Shown here piece after piece: positions 44,097 through 57,499 of a DNA stretch of 64,000 nt. The notes beneath the pieces were generated by a model, which was not told where the DNA came from, made no database searches, and saw nothing but the letters and a program-made list of their open reading frames with translations. Both the position numbers and the translations under genes were made by a program. The stretch comes from Phoronis australis (taxonomy: Eukaryota; Animalia; Phoronida), in NCBI GenBank assembly GCA_002633005.1, contig NMRA01000472.1:186613-250612 (forward strand), read 5' to 3'. Numbering within the stretch: the stretch's first letter is position 1; every line of letters begins with the position of its first letter.

Positions 44097-47000
44097 GCCA
44101 ATAGTTGGTTTGAAGTCCGTACTTTGAAAGTGTAGAATGTAGACACCGGTGACCTGGCTGAAGTCTTGAATGATATAAGCATCAAAAGCAGCTGATTGAC
44201 ATGTCCGTAAGCAACTGCTCATGTGACGTCATGAACATATATCAGCCTTTGCAAGTATACGTGTTTTTCCAATCCAAACCCTTCTTTGTCTCCGTGAGCA
44301 TAATTTTGAAATGGTCGCTGATATCGCCGGCCATTTTGAATGAGGCCCTAAAGTCGTGACTGTTTCGTTTAGATGGAAATGCACAAAGTAAGACCACACA
44401 AATCAGCTACAGTGCTTATAGTTACTCTAGACGACATAAAAACACATTGCATTGTTAGGTGTTTTGCACTCAACTTCAATGTGCACAGACATTTTCAATG
44501 AGGTAGTTTACGTAAAACGCTAAGAATCCAGTGTCAATTATCTCTCTCTATTTTATTGTTTTGGCCTTACAAAACTTGATCGACCCTGGGACATTTTGAT
44601 ACATTGTTCAATCCATCCCTGGAGCGCTTGTTACAGCAAATCTGAACGATGCTTAGTTTTGAAAATACATTCTGAAAATGCACAAAAAAGTGGATTAGTG
44701 AAATATGCTGTTTTAAGATACACTTGTAAAAAGAAGCCACCCACTCACTGCTTATTTTCATATTGTGAATATCAACACGTCTGAGTATTCGTTTCACCTT
44801 TGTAAGGAGACGAACGCTGGAAACTTCAACACTAGATGTCGTGGGACAGTGCAAAAGCAAAAATAAGATTGTTCATGACTTTAGGGCACTCGTGACTTTA
44901 GGACCTCTGACGGTGCTGTTATAAGAATTAAGATTCCCACTCGTTGCATGTCAAATATTAACCTAGACAGTGATTACGTTCTCTAGCTGACTAGAGACTG
45001 CGTAGCTCCTATTGGAGCTTATACACCTGTAGCTTTTCGGCGATATATACCTCACACTGACTAAAACATCAAAGTCACGTTGTTAGAAATACCTTTTGCG
45101 TTTTCAATTTTTTTCTTCGAGCAGTCCCTCATTCAGTTTCCAAAATCGGAAACTAGCCATTTTTATGTGTCATCTCCGTCTGTTCGTCCATCCCGCATCC
45201 GCTGTTCTATCTTCAAAACACTTCGACGAATGTTCATGAAATTTTGCACTTACGTTCCTTCCATGGATGGGACGGCATGAGCAAACTTTGGGATGAATTG
45301 GACTACCGGTGTGCCCCCTAGTGACAATTTTTGTTTTTTACGTTTGCCTCTGTCTCTTCAAAGGTCCTCAACATATTTTCATGAAATTTGGAAGAAAGGC
45401 ATCTACTAGTTAGATGACACTATCTTTCCATTTTCGGATGAATTCGATGTAGTTTGTGCCACCTAGTGGCCATTTTTACTGTTTTCGAGTCTGTTTTTTG
45501 GCATCCACCCCTCTATCAACCGAACTGCTCTAAGGATGATCGTGAAAGTTGGCGTATATGTTTTCAGTGTGAAGAGGACAGTTGACGATGAGGATTTTGA
45601 CTACTGTGGCGCCTCCTTGTGGCAGTTTTGTTTGTTTTGCGCTAATAGCTGCATCTCCTAAACCCACTGCAGGATCTGAATTAAATTGAGTAGTTGTATT
45701 TTAATTATATGAAGCTAACAACAGATGACAACGTCTTTTGTCGGATCCAATGAAGGCTGCGCCCCTTAGTGGCGATTTTGTTTTTTTCGTTTTCCTTTGT
45801 TTCTCTGAAGTTCCGTGACAGATGTTTATTAAATTTGTTAAATAGCTTCATTTTAAAGAAGTGGTGGCATGTTCTGTTTTCAGATGGATTGGACGTTTTA
45901 GCACCATATAATGGCCATTTTTATGAAAAATAAACAATCCTAGAAGCACACCATGTGGTGCATTCATGGGCGCATTTCAACGCGCCACGTTGTTCTTGTT
46001 AACACAGCGCGCAGCAGGTTGTATGACGTCATATTCCGTGGCATATGTTCATGAAAATTGACAAATGGGTTTGTATTAGAAAGACGTCAAGGCCGTCCTA
46101 TTTTCTGACGGATTCGACCTATTCTGCTCCATGTAATGGCAATTGTCATGGTGCTAATAAACACCCCTAGACGTACACCGTTTGCTATGTAGTCGTGGGC
46201 GCCTTTCAACTTTCGCTTTGCTCTTGTTTATTGTTAGGAGGAGTGCATCACCACCATGGAAGAGAAAGCCACTCAAACTGTTCTGAATAATGGATCTGGT
46301 AATTTTGTCGATACGATGGTGGGAAATATTTATAAAGTAAGTATTGCATTACTGACTACAGTTGTATTTCCATGCATGGAAAATAAACTTCATCTAGCTG
46401 CTTGCAATTGCCTTACCGGGCGTAAAATGAGCAAAGACTACCTGGAAACACCATATGAGGTCNGCCAATAGTTGGTTTGAAGTCCGTACTTTGAAAGTGT
46501 AGAATGTAGACACCGGTGACCTGGCTGAAGTCTTGAATGATATAAGCATCAAAAGCAGCTGATTGACATGTCCGTAAGCAACTGCTCATGTGACGTCATG
46601 AACATATATCAGCCTTTGCAAGTATACGTGTTTTTCCAATCCAAACCCTTCTTTGTCTCCGTGAGCATAATTTTGAAATGGTCGCTGATATCGCCGGCCA
46701 TTTTGAATGAGGCCCTAAAGTCGTGACTGTTTCGTTTAGATGGAAATGCACAAAGTAAGACCACACAAATCAGCTACAGTGCTTATAGTTACTCTAGACG
46801 ACATAAAAACACATTGCATTGTTAGGTGTTTTGCACTCAACTTCAATGTGCACAGACATTTTCAATGAGGTAGTTTACGTAAAACGCTAAGAATCCAGTG
46901 TCAATTATCTCTCTCTATTTTATTGTTTTGGCCTTACAAAACTTGATCGACCCTGGGACATTTTGATACATTGTTCAATCCATCCCTGGAGCGCTTGTTA

Positions 47001-48830
47001 CAGCAAATCTGAACGATGCTTAGTTTTGAAAATACATTCTGAAAATGCACAAAAAAGTGGATTAGTGAAATATGCTGTTTTGAGATACACTTGTAAAAAG
47101 AAGCCACCCACTCACTGCTTATTTTCATATTGTGAATATCAACACGTCTGGGTATTCGTTTGACCTTCGTAAGGAGACGAACGCTGGAAACTTCAACACT
47201 AGATGTCGTGGGACAGCGCAAAAGCAAAAATAAGATTGTTCACGACTTTAGGGCACTCGTGACTTTAGGACCTCCGACGGTGCTGTCATAAGAATTAAGA
47301 TTCGCACTCGTTGCATATCAAATATTAACCTAGACAGTGACCACGGTCTCTAGCTGACTAGAGACTGCGTAGCTCCTATTGGAGCTTATACACCTGTAGC
47401 TTTTCGGTGATATATACCTCACACTGACTAAAACATCAAAGTCACGTTGTTAGAAATACCTTTTGCGTTTTCAATTTTTTTCTTCGAGCAGTCCCTCATT
47501 CAGTTTCCAAAATCGGAAACTAGCCATTTTTATGTGTCATATCTGTCCGTTCGTCCATCCCGCATCCGCTGCTCTATCTTCAAAGCCCTTAGACGAATGT
47601 TCATGAAATTTTGCACTTATGTTCCTTTCATGGATGGGACAGCATGAGCAAACTTTAGGACGAATTGGACTACCGGTGTGCCCCCTAGAGACAATTTTTG
47701 TTTTTTACGTTTGCCTCTGTCTCTTCAAAGGTCCTCAACATATTTTCATGAAATTTGGAATAAAGGCATCTACTAGTTAGATGACGCTATCTTTCCATTT
47801 TCGGATGAATTCGATGTAGTTTGTGCCACCTAGTGGCCATTTTTACTGTTTTTGAGTCTGTTTTTTGGCATCCACCCCTCTATCAACCGAACTGCTCTAA
47901 GGATGATGGTGAAAGTTGGCGTATATGTTTTCAGTGTGAAGAGGACAGTTGACGATGAGGATTTTAACTACTGTGGTGCCTCCTTGTGGCTGTTTTGTTT
48001 GTTTTGCGCCCATAGCTGCATCTCCTAAACCCACTGCAGGATCTGAATTAAATTGAGTAATTGTATTTTAATTATATGAAGCTAACAACAGATGACAACG
48101 TCTTTTGTCGGATCCAATGAAGGCTGCGCCTCGTAGTGGCAATTTTGTTTTTTCTGTTTTCCTTTGTTTCTCTGAAGTTCCGTGACAGATGTTTGTTAAA
48201 ATTTGTTAAATAACTTCCTTTTGAAGAAGTGGTGGCATGTTCCTGTTTTCAGATGGATTGGACGTTTTAGCACCATATAATGGCCATTTTTTTAAAAATA
48301 AACAACCCTAGAAGCACACCATGTGGTGCATTCATGGGCGCATTTCAACGTGCCACGTTGCTCTTGTTAACACTGCGCGCAGCAGGTGGTATGATGTCAT
48401 ATCCCGTGGCATATGCTCATGAAAATTGACAAATAGGTTTGTATTAGAAAGACGTCAAGGCCGTCCTATTTTCTGACGGATTCGACCTATTCTGCTCCAT
48501 CTAATGGCAATTTTCATGGTGCTAATGAACACCCCTAGAAGTTCACCGTTTGCTATGTAGTCGTGGGTGCCTTTCAACTTTCGCTTTGCTCTTGTTTATT
48601 GTTAGGAGGAGTGCATCACCACCATGGAAGAGAAAGCCACTCAAACTCTTCTGAATAATGGATCTGGTAATTTTGTCGATACGATGGTGGGAAATATTTA
48701 TAAAGTAAGTATTGCATTACTGACTACAGTTGTATTTCCATGCATGGAAAATAAACTTCATCTAGCTGCTTGCAATTGCTTTACCGGGCGGAAAATGAGC
48801 AAAGACTACCTGGAAACACCATATGAGGTC
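44097..48830. other. Apparent 2.37-kb tandem duplication joined at a single N (probable haplotype overlap)
   Basis: 44097-46462 matches 46464-48830; N at 46463. Confidence 0.8.
45160..46230 (+). mobile_element. HINE copy with two successive 3' ends (second copy at 47527-48597)
   Basis: GTCC-like tract; core motifs at ~45311, 45456, 45609, 45759, 45900; 3' subTIR plus hairpin at ~45966-46000 and again at ~46196-46230. Confidence 0.75.
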
Positions 48831-49493
48831 GTGGCTGTCCCAAGCAGGATTTCTTGTTAACCTTTATACGCAACTGTTAATTGGCATAGTTGCATGTCCA
48901 TTCATTGTGTGCTCGATATAGTAATTTTACAGCAAACTCATTATGTAAGCACTGGGGCTAATTGATTTCGTAAATACGGGGTTTCTGCACTTGGGATAAG
49001 TGCAGAGCTGCAGGTCGCCAAGTCCCAAATATACATCTTAAGTGTGAATTTCTGTTTTTGGTCATACTGAAAGTCGATTAACATTCACCTGAAGGAACAG
49101 AAAGAAAAGTTACATCGCGTTACGCTGTTCCCATATAACCGTAGTTTTGAATGAGCTGTGGCTCAATTGACAGGTAGGCTTTCTGTTTTCCAAAAGCGAT
49201 GACTGGGTTGTCAGGCTGTGGTTCTGCTCAGGCAGACGGGACATATTTCTTAAAATACCCTTGCTTATCTCTGAACAGGTGAACGACTTTCACATAGCAG
49301 TGAAGACCCTCTCTATGGATGGTGATGCAGCGACGGCTCATCCTGTTTTTAATGGCATTGTTGATTCCGATATCTTATTGACTCTCCCAATTAGTCGACT
49401 AACAGATAAAGTACCTTGCAAAGACAAGAGGCTGAGACAAGTTCTGAATGCCTGGAAGGCAAATGGTATGTTTTCACTCGCAAATTATTATCT

Positions 49494-51749
49494 TATTCTA
49501 ATTTAAAGCATGGTAGGTCATAGCAGGTTCAGTCTGTTTTAGTAATTCAACAGTCATAGCATTACTCATAGTTTGGCCTACACTGGGGTCCTATGGACCA
49601 ACCTTCAAAATAACTGAGGTCCATTGACCCTGACCGATGCGTAATGTATATTGGGGAAAGATGGTCAATCTTTTATATCGATGGGAAGATAATTCAAGAC
49701 TGAAGTGAAGTGGTGGATGGTTTGCATTTCTTTATAGCTATAAATTGGAGCTAAGGCAATGTGCCTGTTTTTATTTTTTCAAGAACGTTTGTGTGTCCGT
49801 ATGCGTGTGCGTGTGTGTTCGTGCATGTGTTTGAGAGGCGGGATGCAAGACTAGAAGTTCGACTCAAAAATTGACCCATCGCATTGCGTGGAATTGGAAA
49901 TCACACGAAACTGTGGCACACAATTTGTCAATTCTTGAGTTGTGCCTCAAGTAAAACTTCAGGGTCAGAGGCGCCTCACAAGAATGTTGGCCTGTAATAA
50001 AAGCCAGTCAGATTTGGTGGAACCAGTAGTCTCCGCCACAGGGAGTATCTAGGCTCGCACTAGACTTTTAAAGTTATTAGTCAAAATGGCTAAAGCATCT
50101 GAAAACAGACCCGTGTACCATACACAAAAAATCCGGATTCGTACGGAAATCAAGTCTCCAGTACGCAAGTACGCACAGCCAGGCAAAAGTACGCAAATTC
50201 AGCAAATTCAAAAGACATTATTTGTATTTGTATTTGTAATCTAAACGGACGAGGTAGAAGATTTTAAAGTTAGAAATTAAAAAACATATTGTAAAATCAT
50301 TATTTTAGCCAAAAAGTTGAGCTACAAACTCGGAAAACTTCCTTCGTTTCATTCTCGAAATAGCCTGATCATCGGAGAATCGAGAAGCCCAATTTATCGG
50401 CATGTGTTTCACCGGCCTAACTCATAAGCAACGGCTTCTCTGGTTTGTGGATTGCTTACTTCATCTAATTCTGGCTGTTTATGGCTACATATGCACTGTT
50501 GACAAAATGGCAAAGCACGTGAGGTCACATATTCCGAGCTGTGAAGAAAGTAGCTTCTGAAAGAAGGGAACATCTGTTTTTGTGAAGTTATTCCAAAGAA
50601 TGACAATGTCTAATTCAAAGGACCGTGGAATTTACACTGCACGTTGTATGGCGTGTTCTTTGCGGACATGGTGACTGCANTATTCTAATTTAAAGCATGG
50701 TAGGTCATAGCAGGTTCAGTCTGTTTTAGTAATTCAACAGTCATAGCATTACTCATAGTTTGGCCTACACTGGGGTCCTATGGACCAACCTTCAAAATAA
50801 CTGGGGTCCATTGACCCTGACCGATGCGTAATGTTTATTGGGGAAAGATGGTCAATCTTTTATATCGATGGGAAGACAATCAAGACTGAAGTGAAGTGGT
50901 GGATGGTTTGCATTTCTTTATAGCTATAAATTGGAGCTAAGGCAATGTGCCTGTTTTTATTTTTCAAGAACGTTTGTGTGTGCGTGTGTGTTCGTGCATG
51001 TGTGTGAGAGGCGGGATGCAAGACTAGAAGTTTGACTCAAAAATTGACCCATCGCATTGCGTGGAATTGGAAATTGGAATATTCACACAAAAGTGTGGCA
51101 CACAATTTGTCAATTCTTGAGTTGTGCCTCTAGTAAAACTTCAGGGTCAGAGGCGCCTCACAAGAATGTTGGCCTGTAATAAAAGCCAGTCAGATTTGGT
51201 GGAACCAGTAGTCTCCGCCACAGGGAGTATCTAGGCTCGCGCTAGACTTTTAAAGGTATTAGTCAAAATGGCTAAAGCATCTGAAAACAGACCTGTGTAC
51301 CATAAGCAAAAAATCCGGATTCGTACGGAAATCAAGCCTCCAGTACACAAGTACACACGGCCAGGCAAAAATACGCAAATTCAGCAAATTCAAAAGTTGA
51401 GCTACAAACTCGGAAAACTTCCTTCATTTCATTCTCGAAATAGCCTGATAATCGGAGAATCGCGAAGCCCCATCTATCGGCATGTGTTTCACAGGCCTAA
51501 CCCATAAGCAACGGCTTCTCTGATTTGTGGATTGCTTACTTCGTCTATTAATGGCTACATACGCACTGTTGACAAAATGGCAAAGCACGTGTGGTCGCAT
51601 ATTCCGAGCTGTGAAGAAAGTAGCTTCTGAAAGAAGGAAACATCTGTTTTTGTGAAGTTATTCCAAAGAATGACAATGTCTAATTCAAGGGACCGTGGAA
51701 TTTACACTGCACGTTGTATAGCGTGTTCTTTGCGGACATGGTGACTGCA
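49494..51749. other. Apparent ~1.1-kb tandem duplication joined at a single N (probable haplotype overlap)
   Basis: 49494-50679 matches 50681-51749; N at 50680; a ~100-bp indel separates the copies. Confidence 0.8.
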
Positions 51750-53665
51750 CTGACTTCATAGCGTGTTAAGCTGACTATAATACTCGAGCCACAGTCGAGC
51801 CTCAAGCCTCGACTCGAGGTCTTTTCGCATGCAGTACGGTAGTACGTGTTCACAGACACTTGCAACGAATACTTATTCAAAACTCTTGTGAATGGTTAAG
51901 AAAATATCGGTGCAAAACATTGTCCAGTGCAGATTCAGCAACACATTTTTGCAGATATGTTTTTGTACTATGAAATGAGGTGTACATTAGGCATGTAGTA
52001 ACATAACTAAGTTCAGTAAGGACATCTTGTGTTGATTAACATGATCTTTTCACTAACCGCGTTGTCCCTCAACTGAACAACTTAAAGTATTCTGAAACTG
52101 TTTGAGAGGCAAGTAAGTAGGAAAAGTACCCATGCGCGTACTCAGGGTGGGGGCATGAATGAATCCCCTATTTGGCAGAGTGGACGAAAAGGTCCTAAAC
52201 CAAAAGTCCGAGAAAACGAGACAAAAGTCCACTAAAGAGGCAAGAATTTGGCAAAAGCTCTGAACTCTAAGCAAAAACCCCCTCCTTTTTTTAAGGCGGT
52301 CATGTTAGTGAAAGGTAAATTTGCTCTGTACGTGGAAATCTGCGAATTTACTGGAAAATCTGCAAATCTGGCGTTCAAAGTACTCCAATGCAGTTTTGGT
52401 CGTACACAGGTCTGTGAAAGCTAGCCATTTTCAAAAATTATTAGCCAAATACTTTCTCTTTTCCCAACCCTCGCAGTTGATAAAAATACTGTTACGTGGA
52501 CCGAACTTTTTATTTTTCATGTTATGCACAGGCCCTTTTCATAAGGAAAGATGTCTGCCTCCAGAAATAAACAAATGATTAACATTCCAAGCCATATACC
52601 AACCTAATAAGTTGGAGGGGATGTCGGCCAACATGGGTTTTATTATTATGTAAAAAAATTGGACAGAGGTTCCCCTTTACCCGAGTTACTTCTTGGATAT
52701 GCTGGCCACATGTGCATTTAAATGATGTTGACTATAAAAAATGGGCAGGGCTTCCCCCTATCCCGGAGTTGTGGCGGGGGGTACACCGGTCACACGGCAT
52801 TTCATTGATGTTGACCTGACAAAAATTCAGCCAGGAATTCTCTCTATCCCTGGGTTACGGCGGGGGTACGCCAGGCGTGTGGAAATTGTGATGAGCAAGA
52901 CATTTAGGTCCAAAAACGTTAACATAACTTGTAACTTGCAAAATGAAGCTAAATCATGCAGAGTAGTGAATATAAAACTCATTAAGTAACAAATTGACAT
53001 TTACTTTACTTTGCTTTCTTCATGTCGCTGCCGAAATGCAAACACATCCCAGTCTCTCAATAACTTTTTGCACTTGTGACATTTATCGAGCCGACTAGGT
53101 ATGACATGTGACATATTTTGATATAAAAATAGATAACAAACTCTTTCTTCCCGGCATCGTCTGTGCTTTTTACTACTTGAAAAGAAAACCTGTCAGCATC
53201 AAGTCTCAAACAATATATGACACCACAAGTTATGTGCTGAAAATTGGTAAAGTTAGTAATGAATAGCGAATGTGCAAATCTCAATGCGCATGCCCCACAC
53301 CAGTTCCTCTCTGTTGCGTTCTGGGATAGTTTGTACGCCTAGCAGCAGCGTGAGAGTTTCTATACAGAAGTTATTATCAATTATATAAAATGCTTCGCTT
53401 GCACAAACTCAGTCTCCCCCGCTCCACTACAGACCTTCGTTTCGGCACCGCCTTTGTCCCAGGTATTGCACCGGCCCCCTACTTGCATTCGAGGTGTTCT
53501 ATTCTTTTCTCGCGGGCCGTTTTTTCGCTGACGCGGAGGGAGGGTGGCTAGTTATATTTAGCTGCCGTTTTCAATTATTAAGACTAGAAAAAATATGTTG
53601 CAAATTCTCAGTATCTTACTAAAATTATAATTTTTAAAATTTGTACAATCCAAGACGTGCTTATA

Positions 53666-55040
53666 GTCTCCAATCTCCGTACTCAGACTCGAATCATACT
53701 CAGACTCACACTTCATACTCACCCTTCATACTCACCCTTCATACTCACTGCACTTCATTGCAGCCAATTTTTAAAGTCCTTACTACAATTCCTGGCAACT
53801 GGGGAATGCTAATCCCATGTCGACGAGTCATTACAAGGGTCAAAAGCAGCTGTGAGGTGGGGATTGCCGTGATTGAAGTGCATGTGCAACGGTTTGTACG
53901 GTTTCCTAAGGAAAGTTAATGAAAACAGTTTGCTTCCTTGTCAGATTTCACACAATAGTTTAGTCACCAATAATTCCTCAATCCCCAAATGATATTCCAG
54001 ATTTTTTTGCTGATTTATGAGTAGACGTCTCGTCCTGTTCACTGATGAACTCTGAATGTCTGCCTATAGTGTACCACATGTAGTGTTTTTAACTCACTCA
54101 CCAAATGTCAGCTAACTTGATACATCCTGGTAAAATGCAAAGATACAGTGTCAAAGTTTTGACATCAGCATAGGCCTACACGGCAATGGGTTCTATGCAA
54201 AAGAGAACAGGGGTTGACCTGTAACCAAACAAGTGCGGCCAAAATGTCGACTCGGAGTTTCGGGCTAGTGAGGTGGACAACCGGTTTACTAGAAAAGAAC
54301 ACCACCGCTGGCAATTAAGGTACAAACTTTTGAAATTTGACCTCCCGTCAAAGAAAATGTGCAATTTAAACTCTCCCTTAAAAATGCTGGTTGCAGGCCT
54401 GTGATATGGTACCCGAATCCCGTACCGGGGTCACCAGCCCACCACTGTGTTAATGAAAAAGATAATTTGAATATGCCGTCAATCGTTGGTGTGACTACCA
54501 TGCCAATTTTAGGAGTAATGAGTCAAGTTTAGGCCGGGGAGAATGTCCTCTGACTAAATCAGACACTGAGATTTTGGCTGCTCCACTCCGGCTGACTGGC
54601 TTTCTTTGATAAGCTGTTTCAAATTTCTTGAGACATTTTTCGACGGGAGATAAGAAACTCGAGAAGTAAAGCTTAATAATTGGCAAATGTATCAAGAAAT
54701 GCTAGGAAAATATTGTATTGAACAGTTACAGAACACTCAGCTTTCCACATTATACTCCTGTAATTGTAGCGAGAGCTGACGATAACATAGTTGCTAGGGT
54801 AGTCGATGCAAATATAGGGAGCGCTGAATCAGCGCGACTTTTCGTGGTTTTGCATTTCACATCATAACTGAAGAGTTCCATCATAGCAACTCGAGTATGA
54901 TTCTCAGATTTGAGTATGCGTTTAGTCTACTCAAAATGTGACAATAAATACGCTTTTTCGAGTAGGCCTCCGACTCCAGTGAGCACGATTTTGAGTATGA
55001 AATCTCGAGTATGAGTATGAGCCTGACGGAGATTGCAGAC
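53666..55040. mobile_element. TIR element with subterminal (CATACTC)n / (GAGTATG)n repeats
   Basis: gtctccaatctccgt ... acggagattgcagac, with inverted clusters of short repeats at both ends. Superfamily not assigned. Confidence 0.5.
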
Positions 55041-55839
55041 CGGGCCCCAGAGCCACAGTCGACGGAGCTGGGGTGCGGCAACGTTGACTTTATTCATTTC
55101 CAAAACATTTCTATAATAAAATACAGTTGCATGCTTCCTGCACTAGTTATTCGTTTAATATTAATTTTTGGATAAGAATTCAAATAAAATCACTTTGTTG
55201 ACCGCTTCTGTGCTGAACATTCGTTACAACAACACTGCAACACTGTACACATACTGTTGGTTGTCAAGCGATAGAGGCATACATTTCCCATAATGCAGCT
55301 GAGGCGGCAAATTCAAGATGGCAGATTTGCACATTCGCTATTAAGAAAGATTCATGTAATATGAAAATAATTAATTTAAACCTTGAGTTCATATTGCATG
55401 TTTGAGACAGCTCAACTCAATTCAGTTTGATACCCCGGGTAATTTAGTATGGTCAAACTGGCTCACACTACGTCGCGAGTGAAAAGTTATTCATCGTTTT
55501 GACATTGTCACTTGCAGACAACGAGCGCAGCACCTATACGAGATCTCGCTATAAAGCGAGATATCACCATTACCAAGAGCACTGACCCCGCACACCCCGT
55601 TACAAAGTTGAACATTTCGTTGCGGTGACGGACTTAATATGGAACATTTGCCTGCTATTTTTAGGACTTGATTCGAAATGACTGAGGTGACACACAAGTA
55701 GATTTCCGAAATTGGTTTTTATTGTCAACTCGCTCAAGCATTCGCCAAGTTGGCAAATTGACTTAGCTCTAATATCGCCAGTGCCACTCAGAATTCTCCT
55801 ATCGCGAGCTGGCGAATAGCTAGCACGAGCCTAGAGTAT

Positions 55840-56490
55840 ATTTTGTCAGTTTCGGTCAAGATTGGATCCTCTGACCAATGCAACTTGTCAACAGACCAAA
55901 ACTATGGCCTGTGATAAAATGTTGTATGCAAGATCATACTAGGTCGAGATTGTAACCTTGGACAAAAGCACTCTGTAGCCACTAGAGCTAGGTCAGCTTG
56001 AAACTTTTGCATCTGACTACAGAGAAGGGTACTGGTATGTTTTATCAAGACAGTTTGATATTGCAACCTCTGTCAAAAGTGACCCAGTATTGTCAGATCA
56101 CATCGAAACTGTAACCTTCTGACAAAAGTGAGCCTTGTTTTGTCAGATGTGGTTGAGATTCATTGTATCCTCTGACAGAAATGGCTCCATATTGTCCGAT
56201 CGAAATTGTACCCTCTGACAAAGGTGACATTATTTTGTAGAATCAGGCAGACATTTATTCTAACCTCTGACAAAAATAATTCTGTAATGTAAGATCAGGT
56301 TGAAACTGACATCTGACAAAAGAGACTCTATTTTGTCTGATGTCAGGTCAAGATTCATTGTGAACTCTGACAAAACAATTCAGTATCATCAGATAGGTTG
56401 AAACTGTAGCCTGTGACAGGTCGAGATTCATTATAACCTATTGCAAAAACAAGACTATATTATAAGATCAAGTCGAGAGTGCATGTAGTC
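55840..56490 (+). repeat. Degenerate ~48-52 bp tandem repeat (consensus ttgtcagatcaggttgaaactgtaacctctgacaaaa...)
   Basis: About 12 units, each with an internal inverted pair TTGTCAGA...TCTGACAA. The consensus translates as LSDQVE(T/I)VTSDK(S/N)D(P/S)(V/I). Confidence 0.85.
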
Positions 56491-57171
56491 TTGCAGAAAA
56501 ATGAACCTTTATTTCCAGCAGTGGTGGAATCTATAGTCTCGGTGAAAAGTGAGCCTCAGTTCACGTGCTTTCCTGACCACGATGCCTCAGTTCACGACTG
56601 TAACGAGTATGTTGGGAATGACTGTGCGTCTATGTTGTCTGATAAGGAAATGTTGGACGTGTCTGCTGTATCTAGTTGTACACAGCCTGTTGAGCCTGAC
56701 CTGAACAATTCCTTGCCAGCTGGCCATGACGAATCCACTCCAAGTGACCAAGAACAGCAGGATTTTGATGGTGTAAATTATGAAGATGCAGATACTGGGA
56801 TTTCTTACACGGTCTTTGATCACAAGTTGTTCATTTCCTTACCAAAGCTGTTAAAACTTGCTGGCATGGAAAAGCATGTTCATCACGAAGGATACATTCT
56901 GCTTAACAAAGTTCTGACTAGACTGAAGTTTTCCTGCATCAAGTCCTGTTACCTTTTCAAGGCTGGCTACATGAGAACTCATATCTGGATAATGCCTCTT
57001 CTGAAATTACTTAAGCATACTAGAGCTGGGAGAACTGAAAAGAGGGAAGAAGCTCTCGAACTCCTTTTTGACTTGCTACATAGACTGGCTGCTTTAGGTG
57101 CCGCCAAAATACAAAAGTCTTCAAGAAAACATAACTGTTCTGTTAAGCATATGGTAAATGACAATATATGA
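56479..57171 (+). CDS. Orphan ORF or exon, copy 1 (~230 aa; acidic N-half, basic/hydrophobic ~110-aa C-terminal domain)
   Basis: Longest ORF in the window, also open in copy 3. No strong early ATG; a possible acceptor tcttgcag| lies at 56496. The C-terminal part loosely resembles SKI/SNO/Dachshund- or Bro-N-type DNA-binding folds by eye only. Confidence 0.45.
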   Translation: MHVVLQKNEPLFPAVVESIVSVKSEPQFTCFPDHDASVHDCNEYVGNDCASMLSDKEMLDVSAVSSCTQPVEPDLNNSLPAGHDESTPSDQEQQDFDGVNYEDADTGISYTVFDHKLFISLPKLLKLAGMEKHVHHEGYILLNKVLTRLKFSCIKSCYLFKAGYMRTHIWIMPLLKLLKHTRAGRTEKREEALELLFDLLHRLAALGAAKIQKSSRKHNCSVKHMVNDNI

Positions 57172-57499
57172 CAGTGTTCGTGTTTTGCATTTAGTAACTG
57201 GCAAGGTATGAAACCATTCCTTCATGGTAGTAAATGAAAAGAAAGAGACTGTTATTGCATTCAGTAAGGCGGTGCTATCAAAATGAATGTCTGGGCGTAT
57301 AACCTAATGTTAGTTTCTTTAAAGTTTGCTGAGATAACACAGTTTTTTGGAGTTGTCGTAATTCTCATATCCCAAAGTCATTGTTCTCCATTTTGCGGAA
57401 TTGAGGGTTTGCCTTGTATAATTGACGTGAGGGCCGGTAGCACTCTTCTTGGCCGAGGTAGGCTGTTAGTGAAGAATGCTTTATCATGCCTCATTCAGA

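Noticed and set aside
44097-48830. Real recent segmental duplication with duplicated small genes (97-aa and 71/78-aa ORFs)
   Set aside because: The junction coincides with a single-N gap, so a haplotype overlap is more likely, and the ORFs are short with no convincing homology.
53780-54700. Possible transposase coding sequence inside the 53666-55040 element
   Set aside because: Only short stop-interrupted frames, with no recognisable catalytic motif.
55840-56490. CRISPR-like or attC-like hairpin array
   Set aside because: Inter-hairpin segments are homologous to each other; this is a degenerate minisatellite.
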